From Mobula hypostoma (lineage: Eukaryota), in contig NC_086100.1 in assembly GCF_963921235.1 (NCBI RefSeq), positions 202,556,001 to 202,620,000 on the forward strand: a DNA stretch of 64,000 bases. The letters are read 5' to 3'. Position 1 is the stretch's first letter; each line of letters begins with the position of its first letter. Of the stretch, positions 11,838 through 27,200 are shown one piece after another. The position numbers were made by a program, and so were the translations under genes. Below the pieces are notes generated by a model. The model had not been told where the DNA came from and ran no database searches. It saw only the letters and a list, made by a program, of their open reading frames with translations.

Positions 11838-12141
11838 CTCCCTCAGTCCCTCACGTGTAGGCAACATGTTTGTAAATATTTCCTGTTGTAGGGTGACCTG
11901 CCCATCTCCTCCCATCTATCACCTCCCAGCTCCTCACATCATCCACCTCACCCACATATTCCTTCCTCTGGTTTCCCTCCCCATCTCCTTCCCTTCATTC
12001 CACGCTCCACTGTGCTCTCCTCTCAGATTCCATCATCTTCAGACCGCTAAGCTTCTGACATCATCCACCCGCACTCCCGAATCCACACATCAGCAGCCAA
12101 CTCCTGTCCTTCTACTAACCCCTCTGTATGTGGATTATCAT

Positions 12142-13062
12142 TAAGAAAACCCATGGTACATTGGCCTTCATAAATCAAAGTTTTGTCTACAGGAGATGGG
12201 ATGTTCTGTTGAAGTTTATAAGACATTGGTGTGACCTAATTTGGAGTATTGTGTGTAGTTTCAGTCAACTACCTACTGAAAAGATGTAAACAAGGTTGAA
12301 AGAGTACAGCGAATACTTACAAGCATGTTGCTGAGTCTGGAGGACACGAGTTATAAGGAAAGATTGAGTGCAGTAGGACTTTATTCCTTGGAACATACAA
12401 GATTGAGGGGAGATTTGCTGGAGGTATGCGCAATTCTGAGGGGTATAGATAGAGTAAATGCAAGCAGCCCTTTCCACCGAGGTTGGGGGAAACTACAACT
12501 AGAGGTCATGGGTCAGGAGTACATTCAGCCAGAGACTCATTCCTCCGAGATGCAACACAGAGCGTCATAGGAAGTCATTCCTGCCTGTGGCCATCAAACT
12601 TTACAACTCCTCCCTTGGAGGGTCAGACACCCTGAGCCGATAGGCTGGTCCTGGACTTATTTCATAATTTACTGGCATAATTTACATATTACTATTTAAC
12701 TATTTATGATTTTATTACTATTTATTATTCATGGTGCAACTGTAATGAAAACCAGTTTCCCCCGGGATCAGTAAAGTATGACTATGACTGTGACTAGAAG
12801 GGTGAAAGGCTGAAGTGAAGATGAGGGGAATCTTCTTCACTCAGAGGGTCGTGAGAATGTGGAATGAGCCACTAGCACAACTGGTGTGTGCAGGCTTGAT
12901 GTCAACTTTTAAGAGCTGTTTGGAAAGCGATGTGGATGGGAGAAGAATGACGTGCCTTAGTCCGGGTGCAGGGCAATGGGACTAAACAGTTTAAATGGCT
13001 TGGTACGTACTAGACGGACCAAGGGGCCTGTTTCCGTGCTGTACGTTCCTCTGGTTTATGAT
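12142..13062 (+). mobile_element. Old CR1 3' fragment, interrupted by a Rex1 tail
   Basis: SYKERLSAVGLYSLEHTRLRGDLLEV; 3' end gggcctgtttccgtgctgta. Confidence 0.85.
12514..12796 (+). mobile_element. 5'-truncated Rex1-type LINE 3' end with a (ctatga)n-like tail
   Basis: Translates RSTFSQRLIPPRCNTERHRKSFLPVAIKLYN; AT-rich UTR; ends gtatgactatgactgtgacta; the CR1 host resumes afterwards. Confidence 0.85.
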
Positions 13063-13308
13063 TATATTTGCCTTCTACCTTTCAGTGGTCTCAACATGAA
13101 ACAACTGTTGAATCCCTCTTACAGATGCAGCCTGGGTTTCTCACACACTTTGTGTGTTTCTGTCTGACCCCCCTGGGTTTATCCCACACTTTGTGTGATG
13201 CCCAAATATCTGAAGTTTGATATCTCAGGGAGATTTTTTTGTGCTCTCCCTGTTCTGAGTCTTCACTGGTGATTGTTTTTCAGTTAAATACCTGCGTATT
13301 TAACTTAC

Positions 13309-14623
13309 GTGAGCCTTACGTCTATGGTGGGAAAGCTGTTGGAAAAGATTCTTAGAGATAGGATCTCTGGGCATTTAGAGAATCATGGTCTGATCAGGGA
13401 CAGTCAGCATGGCTTTGTGAAGGGCAGATCGTGTCTAACAAGCCTGATTGAGTTCTTTGAGGAGGTGACCAAGCATATAGATGGGGGTGGTGCAGTGGAT
13501 GTGATCTATATGGATTTTAATAAGGCATCTGACAAGGTAGGCTTATTCAGAAAGTCAGAAGGCATGGGATCCAATGAAGTTTGGCCAGGTGAATTCAGAA
13601 TTGGCTTGCCTGCAGAAGGCAGAGGGTCGTAGTGGAGGGAGTACATTCAGATTGGAGGATTGTGACGAGTCGTGTCCCACAAGGATCTGTTCCGGGACCT
13701 CTACTTTTCGTGACTTTTATTAACGACCTGGATGTGGGGGTAGAAGGGTGGATTGGCAAGTTTGCAGACGACACAAAGGTTGGTGGTGTTGTAGATAGTG
13801 TAGAGGATTGTCAAAGATTGCAGAGAGACATTCATAGGATGCAGAAGTGGGCTGAGAAGTGGAAGATGGAGTTCAACCCGGAGAAATGTGAGGTGGTACG
13901 CTTTGGAAAGACAAACTCCAAGGCAGAGTACAAAGTAAATGGCAGGATACTTGGTAGTGTGGAGGAGCAGAGGGATCTGGGGGTACATGTCCACAGATCC
14001 CTGAAAGTTGCCTCACAGGTGGATAGGGTAGTTAAGAAAGCTTATGGGGTGTTAGCTTTCATAAGTTGAGGGATAGAGTTTAAGAGTCGCGAAGTAATGA
14101 TGCAGCTCTATAAATCTCTGGTTAGGCCACACTTGGAGTACTGTGTCCAGTTCTGGTCGCCTCACTACAGGAAGGATGTGGAAGCATTGGAAAGGGTACA
14201 GAGGAGATTTACCAGGATGCTGCCTGGTTTAGAGAGTATGCATTATGATCAGAGATTAAGGGAGCTAGGGCTTTACTCTTTGGAGAGAAGGAGGATGAGA
14301 GAAGACATGACAGAGGTGTACAAGATTATAAGAGAAATAGATAGAGTGGATAGCCAGTGCCTCTTCCCCAGGGCACCACTGCTCAATACAAGAGGACATG
14401 GGAAGTTCAAGGGGGATATTAGAGGAAGGTTTTTACTCAGAGAGTGGTTGCATGGCCTGAGTCAGTGGTGGAGGCAGATACACTAGTGAAGTTTAAGAGA
14501 CTACCAGACAGGTATATAGAGGAATTTAAGGTGGGCGCTTATATGAAAGGCAGGGTTTGAGGGTCAGCAAAACATTGTGGGCCGAAGGGCCTGTACTGTG
14601 CTGTACTATTCTATGTTTTATGT
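13309..14623 (+). mobile_element. 5'-truncated CR1 copy with a 6-bp target-site duplication (atacct)
   Basis: SQHGFVKGRSCLTSLIEFFEEV, VPQGSVPGPLLF, KFADDTK, LVRPHLEYCVQFWSP; tail ctattctatgttttatgt; atacct at 13288-13293 and 14624-14629. Confidence 0.93.
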
Positions 14624-14667
14624 ATACCTCAGATAATCATCTGGCTGATACTTGTCATGTTCCACAG

Positions 14668-14780
14668 CTCCCAGCCCTGGAGTTCTGCGGACATCAGCGA
14701 CAGCAGTGGTGGTCAACACTCAGCCCGACGGCCACAACACTGCTCCTGTTCCCTTTGAAGAACCAAGAGTCCAAATCTAA
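14668..14780 (+). CDS. Candidate terminal coding exon of an unidentified host gene
   Basis: Acceptor-like cttgtcatgttccacag is followed by an open frame PSPGVLRTSATAVVVNTQPDGHNTAPVPFEEPRVQI*. It is locally GC/CpG-richer, then AT-rich with ATTAAA near 14806. No homologue recognised. Confidence 0.3.
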
Positions 14781-15244
14781 AGCTTAACATGATAATTTAT
14801 TTTGGATTAAAGATATAAGCATCTGCATTAATTTCCAGATATTGTGAATGAAAACTTTTGAGTCAAACCATTCACTTGGCTTTCAGTGCACCACAACAAC
14901 ATGGCATAAAGTGCAGTAGCTGTGACATTGTGGCAGACACTGTCTGATAGAAGTGACGTGACTAAACCCTCATTCTCTCAGGGACTGCATCGTTTGTCTG
15001 CTAATCGTCACATCACTTCAACACATGGAGGAGTGGCCATTAATTTAAAAATGTTAAATTCTTAACAACACAGGAAGAAACGAAACAGGTCAACAAATGC
15101 AACAGAACAAGTGCCACACAAAACTGTCCTGGCATGGCACTAGGGAACTGCCGTAAACACTGACGTCAGTGAGTGAGAGGTCAGAGGTGAGGATGCAGAT
15201 ATTTATTGACAGTCACCACCCAGAAAATGGCTTCACAAGCCAGT

Positions 15245-18200
15245 GAATACAAACAGAAAAACCCACACCCACTGACACCAACACAGATACACCCCACACC
15301 CACTGACAAATACACAGAAACACCCCACACCCACTGACACCTACACAGAAACACCCCACACCCACTGACACTGACACAGAAACACCCCACACCCACTGAC
15401 ACCTACACAGAAACACCCCACACCCAGTGACACCGACAAACACCCCACACCCACTGACACCAACACAGATACACCCCACACCCACTGACATATACACAGA
15501 AACACACCACACCCACTGACATATACACAGAAACACCCCACACCCACTGACATATACACAGATACACCCCACACCCACTGACATATACACAGAAACACAC
15601 CACACCCACTGACATATACACAGAAACACCCCACACCCACTGACACCAACACAGATACACCCCACACCCACTGACAAATACACAGAAACACCCCACACCC
15701 ACTGACACCAACACAGATACACCCCACACCCACTGACAAATACACAGAAACATCCCACACCCACTGACATCGACACAGAAACACCCCACACCCACTGACA
15801 CCAACACAGATACACCCCACACCCACTGACACCGACACACCCCACACCCACTGACACCTACACAGAAACACCCCACACCCAGTGACACCGACAGAGAAAC
15901 ACCCCACACGCACTGACACCTACACAGATACACCCCACACCCACTGACAAATACACAGAAACACCCCACACCCACTGACACATACACAGAAACACCCCAC
16001 ACCCACTGACACCGACACACCCCACACCCACTGACACCTACACAGAAACACCCCACACCCAGTGACACCGACAGAGAAACACCCCACACCCACTGACACC
16101 TACACAGAAACACCCCACACCAACTGAACCACCAACACAGAAACACCCCGCACCCACTGAACTACCTACACAGAAACACCCCACACCCACTGAATAACCT
16201 ACGAACACCCCACACGCAATTACACCTACACAGAAACACCACACACCCACTGAACTACCAACACAGAAATACCCCACACCCTGTGACACCTACACGGAAA
16301 CACCCCACACCCACTGAACCACCTACACAAAAACACACCACACCCACTTACACCTACACAGAAACACCCCACACACACAGACACCTACACAAAAACACCC
16401 CACACACACTGACACCTACACAGAAACACCCTACACCCACTGACACCGACACAGAAACACCCCACTCCCACTGACACCTACATAGAAACACCACACACCC
16501 GCTGACACCTACACAGAAACACCACACACCCACTGAACCACCTACACAGAAACACCCCACACCCACTGAACTACCTACACAGGAACATCCCACACCCACT
16601 GAACCGACAGAGAAACACCCCACATCCACTGAACCACCTATGAACACCCCACACCCAATTACACCTACACAGAAACACCACACACCTGCTGACACCTACA
16701 CAGAAACACCCCACACCCACTGAACCACCGACACAGAAACATCCCGCACCCACTGAACTACCTACACAGAAACACCCCACAGCCTGTGACACCGACACAG
16801 AAACACCCCACACCCACTGACACCTACACAGAAACACCCCACACCCACTGACATCTACACGGAAACACCCCACACCCACTGAACCACCTACACAAAAACA
16901 CACCACACCCACTTATACCTACACAGAAACACCCCACACCAACTGACACCTGCACAGAACACCCCGCACCCACTGACACCTACAGAAAAACACCCCACAC
17001 CCACTGACAAATAAACAGAAACACCCCACACCCACTGAACTACCTACACAGAAATACCCCACACCCACTGACACCTACACAGAAATACCCCACACCCACT
17101 GACACCTACACAGAAACACCCTACACCCACTGACACCGACACAGAAACACCCCACTCCCACTGCGAAATACACAGAAACACCACACATCCACTGAACTAC
17201 CGACACAGAAACACCCCACACCCACTGAACTACCTACACAGAAACACCCCACACCCACTGAACCACTTACACAGAAACTCCCCACACCCACTGTATCACT
17301 TACACAGAAACACACCATACCCACTGAACTACAGACACAGAAATATCCCACACCCTGTCACAACTACACAGAAACAACCCACACCCACTGACACCTACAC
17401 AGAAACACCCCACACCCACTGACAAATACACAGAAACACCCCACACCGACTGAACCACCGACACAGAAACATCCCATACCCACTGAACCGACACAGAAAC
17501 ACCCCACACCCACTGAACCACCTATAAACACCCCACACCCAATTACACCTACACAGAAACACCCCACACCCACTGACACCTGCACAGAACACCCCACACC
17601 CACTGACAAATAAACAGAAACACCCCACACCCACTGAACTACCTACACAGAAATACCCCACACCCACTGACACCTACACAGAAACACCCCACACCCACTG
17701 ACAGCTACACAGAAACACCACACACCCACTGAACCACCTACACAGAAACACATGACACCCACTGACACCTACACAGAAACACCCCACACCCACTGAACCA
17801 CCTACACAGGAACACACCACACCCAATTACACCTACACAGAAACACCACACACCCACTTATACCTACACAGAAACACCCCACACGAACTGACACCTGCAC
17901 AGAACACCCCGCACCCACTGACACCTACAGAAAAACACCCCACACCCACTGACAAATAAACAGAAACACCCCACACCCACTGACACCTACACAGAAACAC
18001 CCCACACCCACTGAACTACCTACACAGAAACACCCCACACCCACTGAACTACCTACACAGAAATACCCCACACCCACTGAACCACCGACACAGAAACACC
18101 CCGCACCCAGTGACACCTAAACAGAAACATCCCACACCCACTGATCTCTACACAGAAACACCCCACACCTACTGACAAATACACAGAAACACCCCACACA

Positions 18201-21200
18201 CACTGGCACCTGCACCGAAAGACCACACACCCACTGAACACCTGACACAGAAAAACACGACACCCACTGTCACCTACAGAGAAACACCCCACAACCACTG
18301 ACACCTACAGAGAAACACCCCACACCCACTGACAAATACACAGAAACACCCCGCACCCACTGATACCTACACAGAAACACCCTACACCCACTGACAAATA
18401 CACAGAAACACCCCACACACACTGACACCTGCACAGAAACACCCCACAACTTACAAATACACAGAAACACCCCACACCCACTGACACCTACACAGAAACA
18501 CCCTACACCCACTGACACCGACACAGAAACACCCCACACCCACAGAACCACTTACACAGAAACACCCCACACCCACTGAACTACCTACACAGAAACACCC
18601 CACACCCACTGAACCACTTACACAGAAACTCCCCACACCCACTGTATCACTTACACAGAAACACCCCATACCCACTGACAAATACACAGAAACACCCCAC
18701 ACCGACTGAACCACCTACACAGGAACACACCACACCCAATTACACCTACACAGAAACACCACACACCCACTTATACCTACACAGAAACACCCCACACCCA
18801 CTGACACCTGCACAGAACACCCCGCACCCACTGACACCTACAGAAAAACACCCCACACCCACTGACAAATAAACAGAAACACCCCACACCCACTGACACC
18901 TACACAGAAACACCCCACACCCACTGAACTACCTACACAGAAACACCCCACACCCACTGAACTACCTACACAGAAATACCCCACACCCACTGAACCACCG
19001 ACACAGAAACACCCCGCACCCAGTGACACCTAAACAGAAACATCCCACACCCACTGATCTCTACACAGAAACACCCCACACCTACTGACAAATACACAGA
19101 AACACCCCACACACACTGGCACCTGCACCGAAAGACCACACACCCACTGAACACCTGACACAGAAAAACACGACACCCACTGTCACCTACAGAGAAACAC
19201 CCCACAACCACTGACACCTACAGAGAAACACCCCACACCCACTGACAAATACACAGAAACACCCCGCACCCACTGATACCTACACAGAAACACCCTACAC
19301 CCACTGACAAATACACAGAAACACCCCACACACACTGACACCTGCACAGAAACACCCCACAACTTACAAATACACAGAAACACCCCACACCCACTGACAC
19401 CTACACAGAAACACCCTACACCCACTGACACCGACACAGAAACACCCCACACCCACAGAACCACTTACACAGAAACACCCCACACCCACTGAACTACCTA
19501 CACAGAAACACCCCACACCCACTGAACCACTTACACAGAAACTCCCCACACCCACTGTATCACTTACACAGAAACACCCCATACCCACTGACAAATACAC
19601 AGAAACACCCCACACCGACTGAACCACCTACACAGAAACACCCCACACACACTGACACCTAAACAGAAACATCCCATACCCACTGAACCGACACAGAAAC
19701 ACCCCACAACCACTGAACCACCTATAAACACTCCACACCCAATTACACCTACACAGAAACACCACACACCCGCTGACACCTACACAGAAACACCCCACAC
19801 CCACTGAACCACCTACACAGAAACACACCACACCCACTGACACCTACACAGAAACACACCACACCCACTGAACCGACAAGAAACACCCCACATCCACTGA
19901 ACCACCTATGAAGACCCCACACCCAACTACACCTACACAGAAACACCACACACCCACTTATACCTACACAGAAACACCCCACACCCACTGACACCAGCAC
20001 AGAACACCCCGCACCCACTGACACCTACAGAAAAACATCCCACACCCACTGACAAATAAACAGAAAAACCCCACACCCACTGAACTACCTACACAGAAAT
20101 ACCCCACACCCACTGACACCTACACAGAAACACCCCACACCCACTGACACCTACACAGAAACACCCCACACCCACTGAACTACCTACACAGAAACACCCC
20201 ACACCCACTGAACTACCTACACAGAAATACCCCACACCCACTGAACCACCGACACAGAAACACCCCGCACCCAGTGACACCTAAACACAAACATCCCACA
20301 CCCACTGATCTCTACACAGAAACACCCCACACCTACTGACAAATACACAGAAACACCCCACACCCACTGACAAATACACAGAAACACCCCACACACACTG
20401 GCACCTGCACCGAAAGACCACACACCCACTGAACACCTGACACAGAAAAACACGACACCCACTGTCACCTACAGAGAAACACCCCACAACCACTGGCACC
20501 TACAGAGAAACACCCCACACCCACTGACAAATACACAGAAACACCCCGCACCCACTGATACCTACACAGAAACACCCTACACCCACTGACAAATACACAG
20601 AAACACCCCACACACACTGACACCTGCACAGAAACACCCCACAACTTACAAATACACAGAAACACCCCACACCCACTGACACCTACACAGAAACACCCCA
20701 CACCCACTGACCTCTACACAGAAACTCCCCACACCCACAAACACCACACAGAAACAACCCCACACCCACTGAACCACCAACACCGAAACACCCCTCACCC
20801 ACTGACACCTACACAGAAACACACCAAACGAACTGACACTTATACAGAAAAACCCCACAACCACTGACACCGACACAGCAACACATCACACCCACTGACA
20901 CCTACAGAGAAACACCCCACACCCACTGACACCTACACGGAAAGACCCCACAGCCACTGAACAACTGACACAGAAACACCCCACACCCACTAACAGATAC
21001 ACAGAAACACCCCCCACCCACTGAATCACCTACACAGAAACACCCCACACCCACTGACACCTACACAGAAACACCCCACACCCACAGACACCTACTCAGA
21101 ATCACCCCACACCAACTGACAAATACACAGAAACATCCCGCACACACTGACAAATACACAGAAACAGCCCACACGCAATGACACCAACACCCACTGAACC

Positions 21201-24200
21201 ACCGACACAGAAACACCCCACACCCAGTGACACCTAAACAGAAACGCCCCACACCCACTGACCTCTACACAGAAACAGCCCACACCCACTGATACCTACA
21301 CAGAAAAACCCCACACCCACTGACACCTACAGAGAAACACCCCAGACCCACTGACACCGACAGAGAAACACCCCACACTCACTGACAAATACACAGAAAC
21401 ATCCCGCACACATTGACACTGACACAGAAACACCCCGCACCCACTGACACCTACACAGCAACACATCACACCCACTGACACCTACACAGAAACACCCCAC
21501 ACCTAATGACAAATAAACAGAAACACCCCACACCCACTGACACCTACACAGAAACACCCCACACCTACTGAACCACCTACACAGAAACACCCAACATCCA
21601 CTGACAAATAAACAGAAACACCCCACACCCACTGAACTACCTACACAGAAATACCCCACACCCACTGAACCACCGACACAGAAACACCCCGCACCCAGTG
21701 ACACCTAAACAGAAACATCCCACACCCACTGATCTCTACACAGAAACACCCCACACCTACTGACAAATACACAGAAACACCCCACACACACTGGCACCTG
21801 CACCGAAAGACCACACACCCACTGAACACCTGACACAGAAAAACACGACACCCACTGTCACCTACAGAGAAACACCCCACAACCACTGACACCTACAGAG
21901 AAACACCCCACACCCACTGACAAATACACAGAAACACCCCGCACCCACTGATACCTACACAGAAACACCCTACACCCACTGACAAATACACAGAAACACC
22001 CCACACACACTGACACCTGCACAGAAACACCCCACAACTTACAAATACACAGAAACACCCCACACCCACTGACACCTACACAGAAACACCCTACACCCAC
22101 TGACACCGACACAGAAACACCCCACACCCACAGAACCACTTACACAGAAACACCCCACACCCACTGAACTACCTACACAGAAACACCCCACACCCACTGA
22201 ACCACTTACACAGAAACTCCCCACACCCACTGTATCACTTACACAGAAACACCCCATACCCACTGACAAATACACAGAAACACCCCACACCGACTGAACC
22301 ACCTACACAGGAACACACCACACCCAATTACACCTACACAGAAACACCACACACCCACTTATACCTACACAGAAACACCCCACACCCACTGACACCTGCA
22401 CAGAACACCCCGCACCCACTGACACCTACAGAAAAACACCCCACACCCACTGACAAATAAACAGAAACACCCCACACCCACTGACACCTACACAGAAACA
22501 CCCCACACCCACTGAACTACCTACACAGAAACACCCCACACCCACTGAACTACCTACACAGAAATACCCCACACCCACTGAACCACCGACACAGAAACAC
22601 CCCGCACCCAGTGACACCTAAACAGAAACATCCCACACCCACTGATCTCTACACAGAAACACCCCACACCTACTGACAAATACACAGAAACACCCCACAC
22701 ACACTGGCACCTGCATCGAAAGACCACACACCCACTGAACACCTGACACAGAAAAACACGACACCCACTGTCACCTACAGAGAAACACCCCACAACCACT
22801 GACACCTACAGAGAAACACCCCACACCCACTGACAAATACACAGAAACACCCCGCACCCACTGATACCTACACAGAAACACCCTACACCCACTGACAAAT
22901 ACACAGAAACACCCCACACACACTGACACCTGCACAGAAACACCCCACAACTTACAAATACACAGAAACACCCCACACCCACTGACACCTACACAGAAAC
23001 ACCCTACACCCACTGACACCGACACAGAAACACCCCACACCCACAGAACCACTTACACAGAAACACCCCACACCCACTGAACTACCTACACAGAAACACC
23101 CCACACCCACTGAACCACTTACACAGAAACTCCCCACACCCACTGTATCACTTACACAGAAACACCCCATACCCACTGACAAATACACAGAAACACCCCA
23201 CACCGACTGAACCACCTACACAGAAACACCCCACACACACTGACACCTAAACAGAAACATCCCATACCCACTGAACCGACACAGAAACACCCCACAACCA
23301 CTGAACCACCTATAAACACTCCACACCCAATTACACCTACACAGAAACACCACACACCCGCTGACACCTACACAGAAACACCCCACACCCACTGACACCA
23401 GCACAGAACACCCCGCACCCACTGACACCTACAGAAAAACATCCCACACCCACTGACAAATAAACAGAAAAACCCCACACCCACTGAACTACCTACACAG
23501 AAATACCCCACACCCACTGACACCTACACAGAAACACCCCACACCCACTGACACCTACACAGAAACACCCCACACCCACTGAACTACCTACACAGAAACA
23601 CCCCACACCCACTGAACTACCTACACAGAAATACCCCACACCCACTGAACCACCGACACAGAAACACCCCGCACCCAGTGACACCTAAACAGAAACATCC
23701 CACACCCACTGATCTCTACACAGAAACACCCCACACCTACTGACAAATACACAGAAACACCCCACACCCACTGACAAATACACAGAAACACCCTACACAC
23801 ACTGGCACCTGCACCGAAAGACCACACACCCACTGAACACCTGACACAGAAAAACACGACACCCACTGTCACCTACAGAGAAACACCCCACAACCACTGG
23901 CACCTACAGAGAAACACCCCACACCCACTGACAAATACACAGAAACACCCCGCACCCACTGATACCTACACAGAAACACCCTACACCCACTGACAAATAC
24001 ACAGAAACACCCCACACACACTGACACCTGCACAGAAACACCCCACAACTTACAAATACACAGAAACACCCCACACCCACTGACACCTACACAGAAACAC
24101 CCCACACCCACTGACCTCTACACAGAAACTCCCCACACCCACAAACACCACACAGAAACAACCCCACACCCACTGAACCACCAACACCGAAACACCCCTC

Positions 24201-27200
24201 ACCCACTGACACCTACACAGAAACACACCAAACGAACTGACACTTATACAGAAAAACCCCACAACCACTGACACCGACACAGCAACACATCACACCCACT
24301 GACACCTACAGAGAAACACCCCACACCCACTGACACCTACACGGAAAGACCCCACAGCCACTGAACAACTGACACAGAAACACCCCACACCCACTAACAG
24401 ATACACAGAAACACCCCCCACCCACTGAATCACCTACACAGAAACACCCCACACCCACTGACACCTACACAGAAACACCCCACACCCACAGACACCTACT
24501 CAGAATCACCCCACACCAACTGACAAATACACAGAAACATCCCGCACACACTGACAAATACACAGAAACAGCCCACACGCAATGACACCAACACCCACTG
24601 AACCACCGACACAGAAACACCCCACACCCAGTGACACCTAAACAGAAACGCCCCACACCCACTGACCTCTACACAGAAACATCCCACACCCACTGATACC
24701 TACACAGAAAAACCCCACACCCACTGACACCTACAGAGAAACACCCCAGACCCACTGACACCGACAGAGAAACACCCCACACTCACTGACAAATACACAG
24801 AAACATCCCGCACACATTGACACTGACACAGAAACACCCCGCACCCACTGACACCTACACAGCAACACATCACACCCACTGACACCTACACAGAAACACC
24901 CCACACCTAATGACAAATAAACAGAAACACCCCACACCCACTGACACCTACACAGAAACACCCCACACCTACTGAACCACCTACACAGAAACACCCAACA
25001 TCCACTGACAAATAAACAGAAACACCCCACACCCACTGACAAATACACAGAAACACCCCACACGCACTGAACCACTTACACAGAAACACACAACACCCAC
25101 TGACACCTACACAGAAACACCCCACACCCACTGAACTACCTACACAGAAATACCCCACACCCACTGACACCTACACAGAAACACCCCACACCCACTGAAC
25201 CACCGACACAGAAACACCCCCCACCCAGTGACACCTAAACAGAAACTCCCCACACCCACTGACCTCTACACAGAAACACCCCGCACCCACTGACACCTAC
25301 ACAGAAACACCCCACACCTACTGAACCACCTACACAGAAACACCCAACACCCACTGACAAATAAACAGAAACACCCCACACCTACTGACAAATACACAGA
25401 AACACCCCACACGCACTGAACCACTTACACAGAAACACACAACACCCACTGACACCTACACAGAAACACCCCACACCCACTGAACTACCTACACAGAAAT
25501 ACCCCACACCCACTGACACCTACACAGAAACACCCCACACCCACTGAACCACCGACACAGAAACACCCCGCACCCAGTGACACCTAAACAGAAACACCCC
25601 ACACCCACTGACATCTACACAGAAACACCCCACACCCACTGACACCTACACAGAAACACCCCACACCCACTGAACCACTTGCACAGAAACACTCCACACC
25701 CACTGACACCAACACATAAACACCCCACACCGACTGACAACTATACAGAACTTCCCAAACCCACTGACAGATACACAGAAACACCCCACACCCACTGAAC
25801 CACCTACACAGAAACACCCCACACCCACTGACACCTACACAGAAACACCCCACACCCACAGACACCTACACAGAAACACCCCACACCAACTGACAAATAC
25901 ACAGAAACATCCCGCACACACTGACACTGACACAGAAACACCCCACACCCACTGACACCTACACAGAAACACCCCACACCTACTGACAAATACACAGAAA
26001 CACCCCACACGCAATGACACCAACACCCACTGAACCACCGACACAGAAACACCCCACATCCACTGACACCTACAGAGAAACACCCCATACCCACTGACAC
26101 CTACACAGAAACACCCCACACCCACTGACACCTACAGAGAAACACCCCACACTCACTGATAAATGCATAGAAACATCCAGCACACACTGACACTGACACA
26201 GAAACACCCCGCACCCACTGACACCAACACAGAAACACCCCACACCCACTGACACGTACACAGAAACACCCCACACCCACTGACACCTGCACAGAAACAC
26301 CTCACACCCACTGACAAATACACAGAAACACCCCACACGCACTGACACCTACACCGAAACACCACACGCCCACTGAACCCCTGACACAGAAACACCCGAC
26401 ACCCACTGTCACCTACAGAGAAAAACCCCACACTCCTGACACCTACACAGAATCATCCCACACCCACTGACACCTACACGGAAAGACTCCACACCCACTG
26501 CACCACCGACACAGAAACACCCCACACCCACTGGACACCTACCCTGAAACACCCCAAACCCACTGAACCACCGACACAGAAACACCCCAGACACACTGAC
26601 AAATACACCGAAACACCCCACACCCACTGACAACTGCACAGAAACACCCCACACCCACTGACACCTACACAGAAACACTCTACACCCACTGAATAACCTA
26701 CACAGGAACATCCCACACCCACTGAACTACCTACACAGAAATACACCACACCCTGTGACACCTACACAGAAACACCCCACATCTACTGACAACGACACAG
26801 AAACCCTCAGACCCACTGACACTGACACAGGAACTCCTCACACCCACTGATTCCTACACAGAAAGACCCCATACCCACCGACTCTACTCAGAAACACCCC
26901 GCACCCACGGACACCTACACAGAAACAGCCAGCACCCACTGACAAATACACAGAAACACCCCACACCCACTGAACCAGCAAGACAGAAATACCCCACACA
27001 CACTCAGCTACCTACACAGAAACACCCCACACCCACTGAACCACCAACACAGAAACACCCCGCACCCACTGACTCCTACACAGAAACACCCCACAGCCAC
27101 TGAACCACCAACACAGAAACACCCCACACCTACTGACACCTACACAGAAACACCCCACACCCACTGACACCTACACAGAAACACCCCACACCCACTGAAC

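Larger units (their letters stand above)
11895..13210 (+). mobile_element. Degenerate Penelope-like 3'/terminal-repeat remnant split by a CR1 (pieces about 11895-12140 and 13065-13210)
   Basis: A pyrimidine-rich tract is followed, after the CR1, by ...ggtctc...gaaac...cagatgcagcctg...cactttgtgtg, which resembles the arm sequence at 4292-4348. The family call is from recall. Confidence 0.45.

Noticed and set aside
340..14623. Active or domesticated reverse transcriptase gene
   Set aside because: All CR1 and Rex1 frames carry stops, frameshifts or deletions; the longest ORFs are under 290 aa.
14628..14752. Minus-strand selenoprotein exon (one frame has a single TGA)
   Set aside because: No recognisable selenoprotein motif or SECIS evidence; a lone stop in 125 bp is expected by chance.
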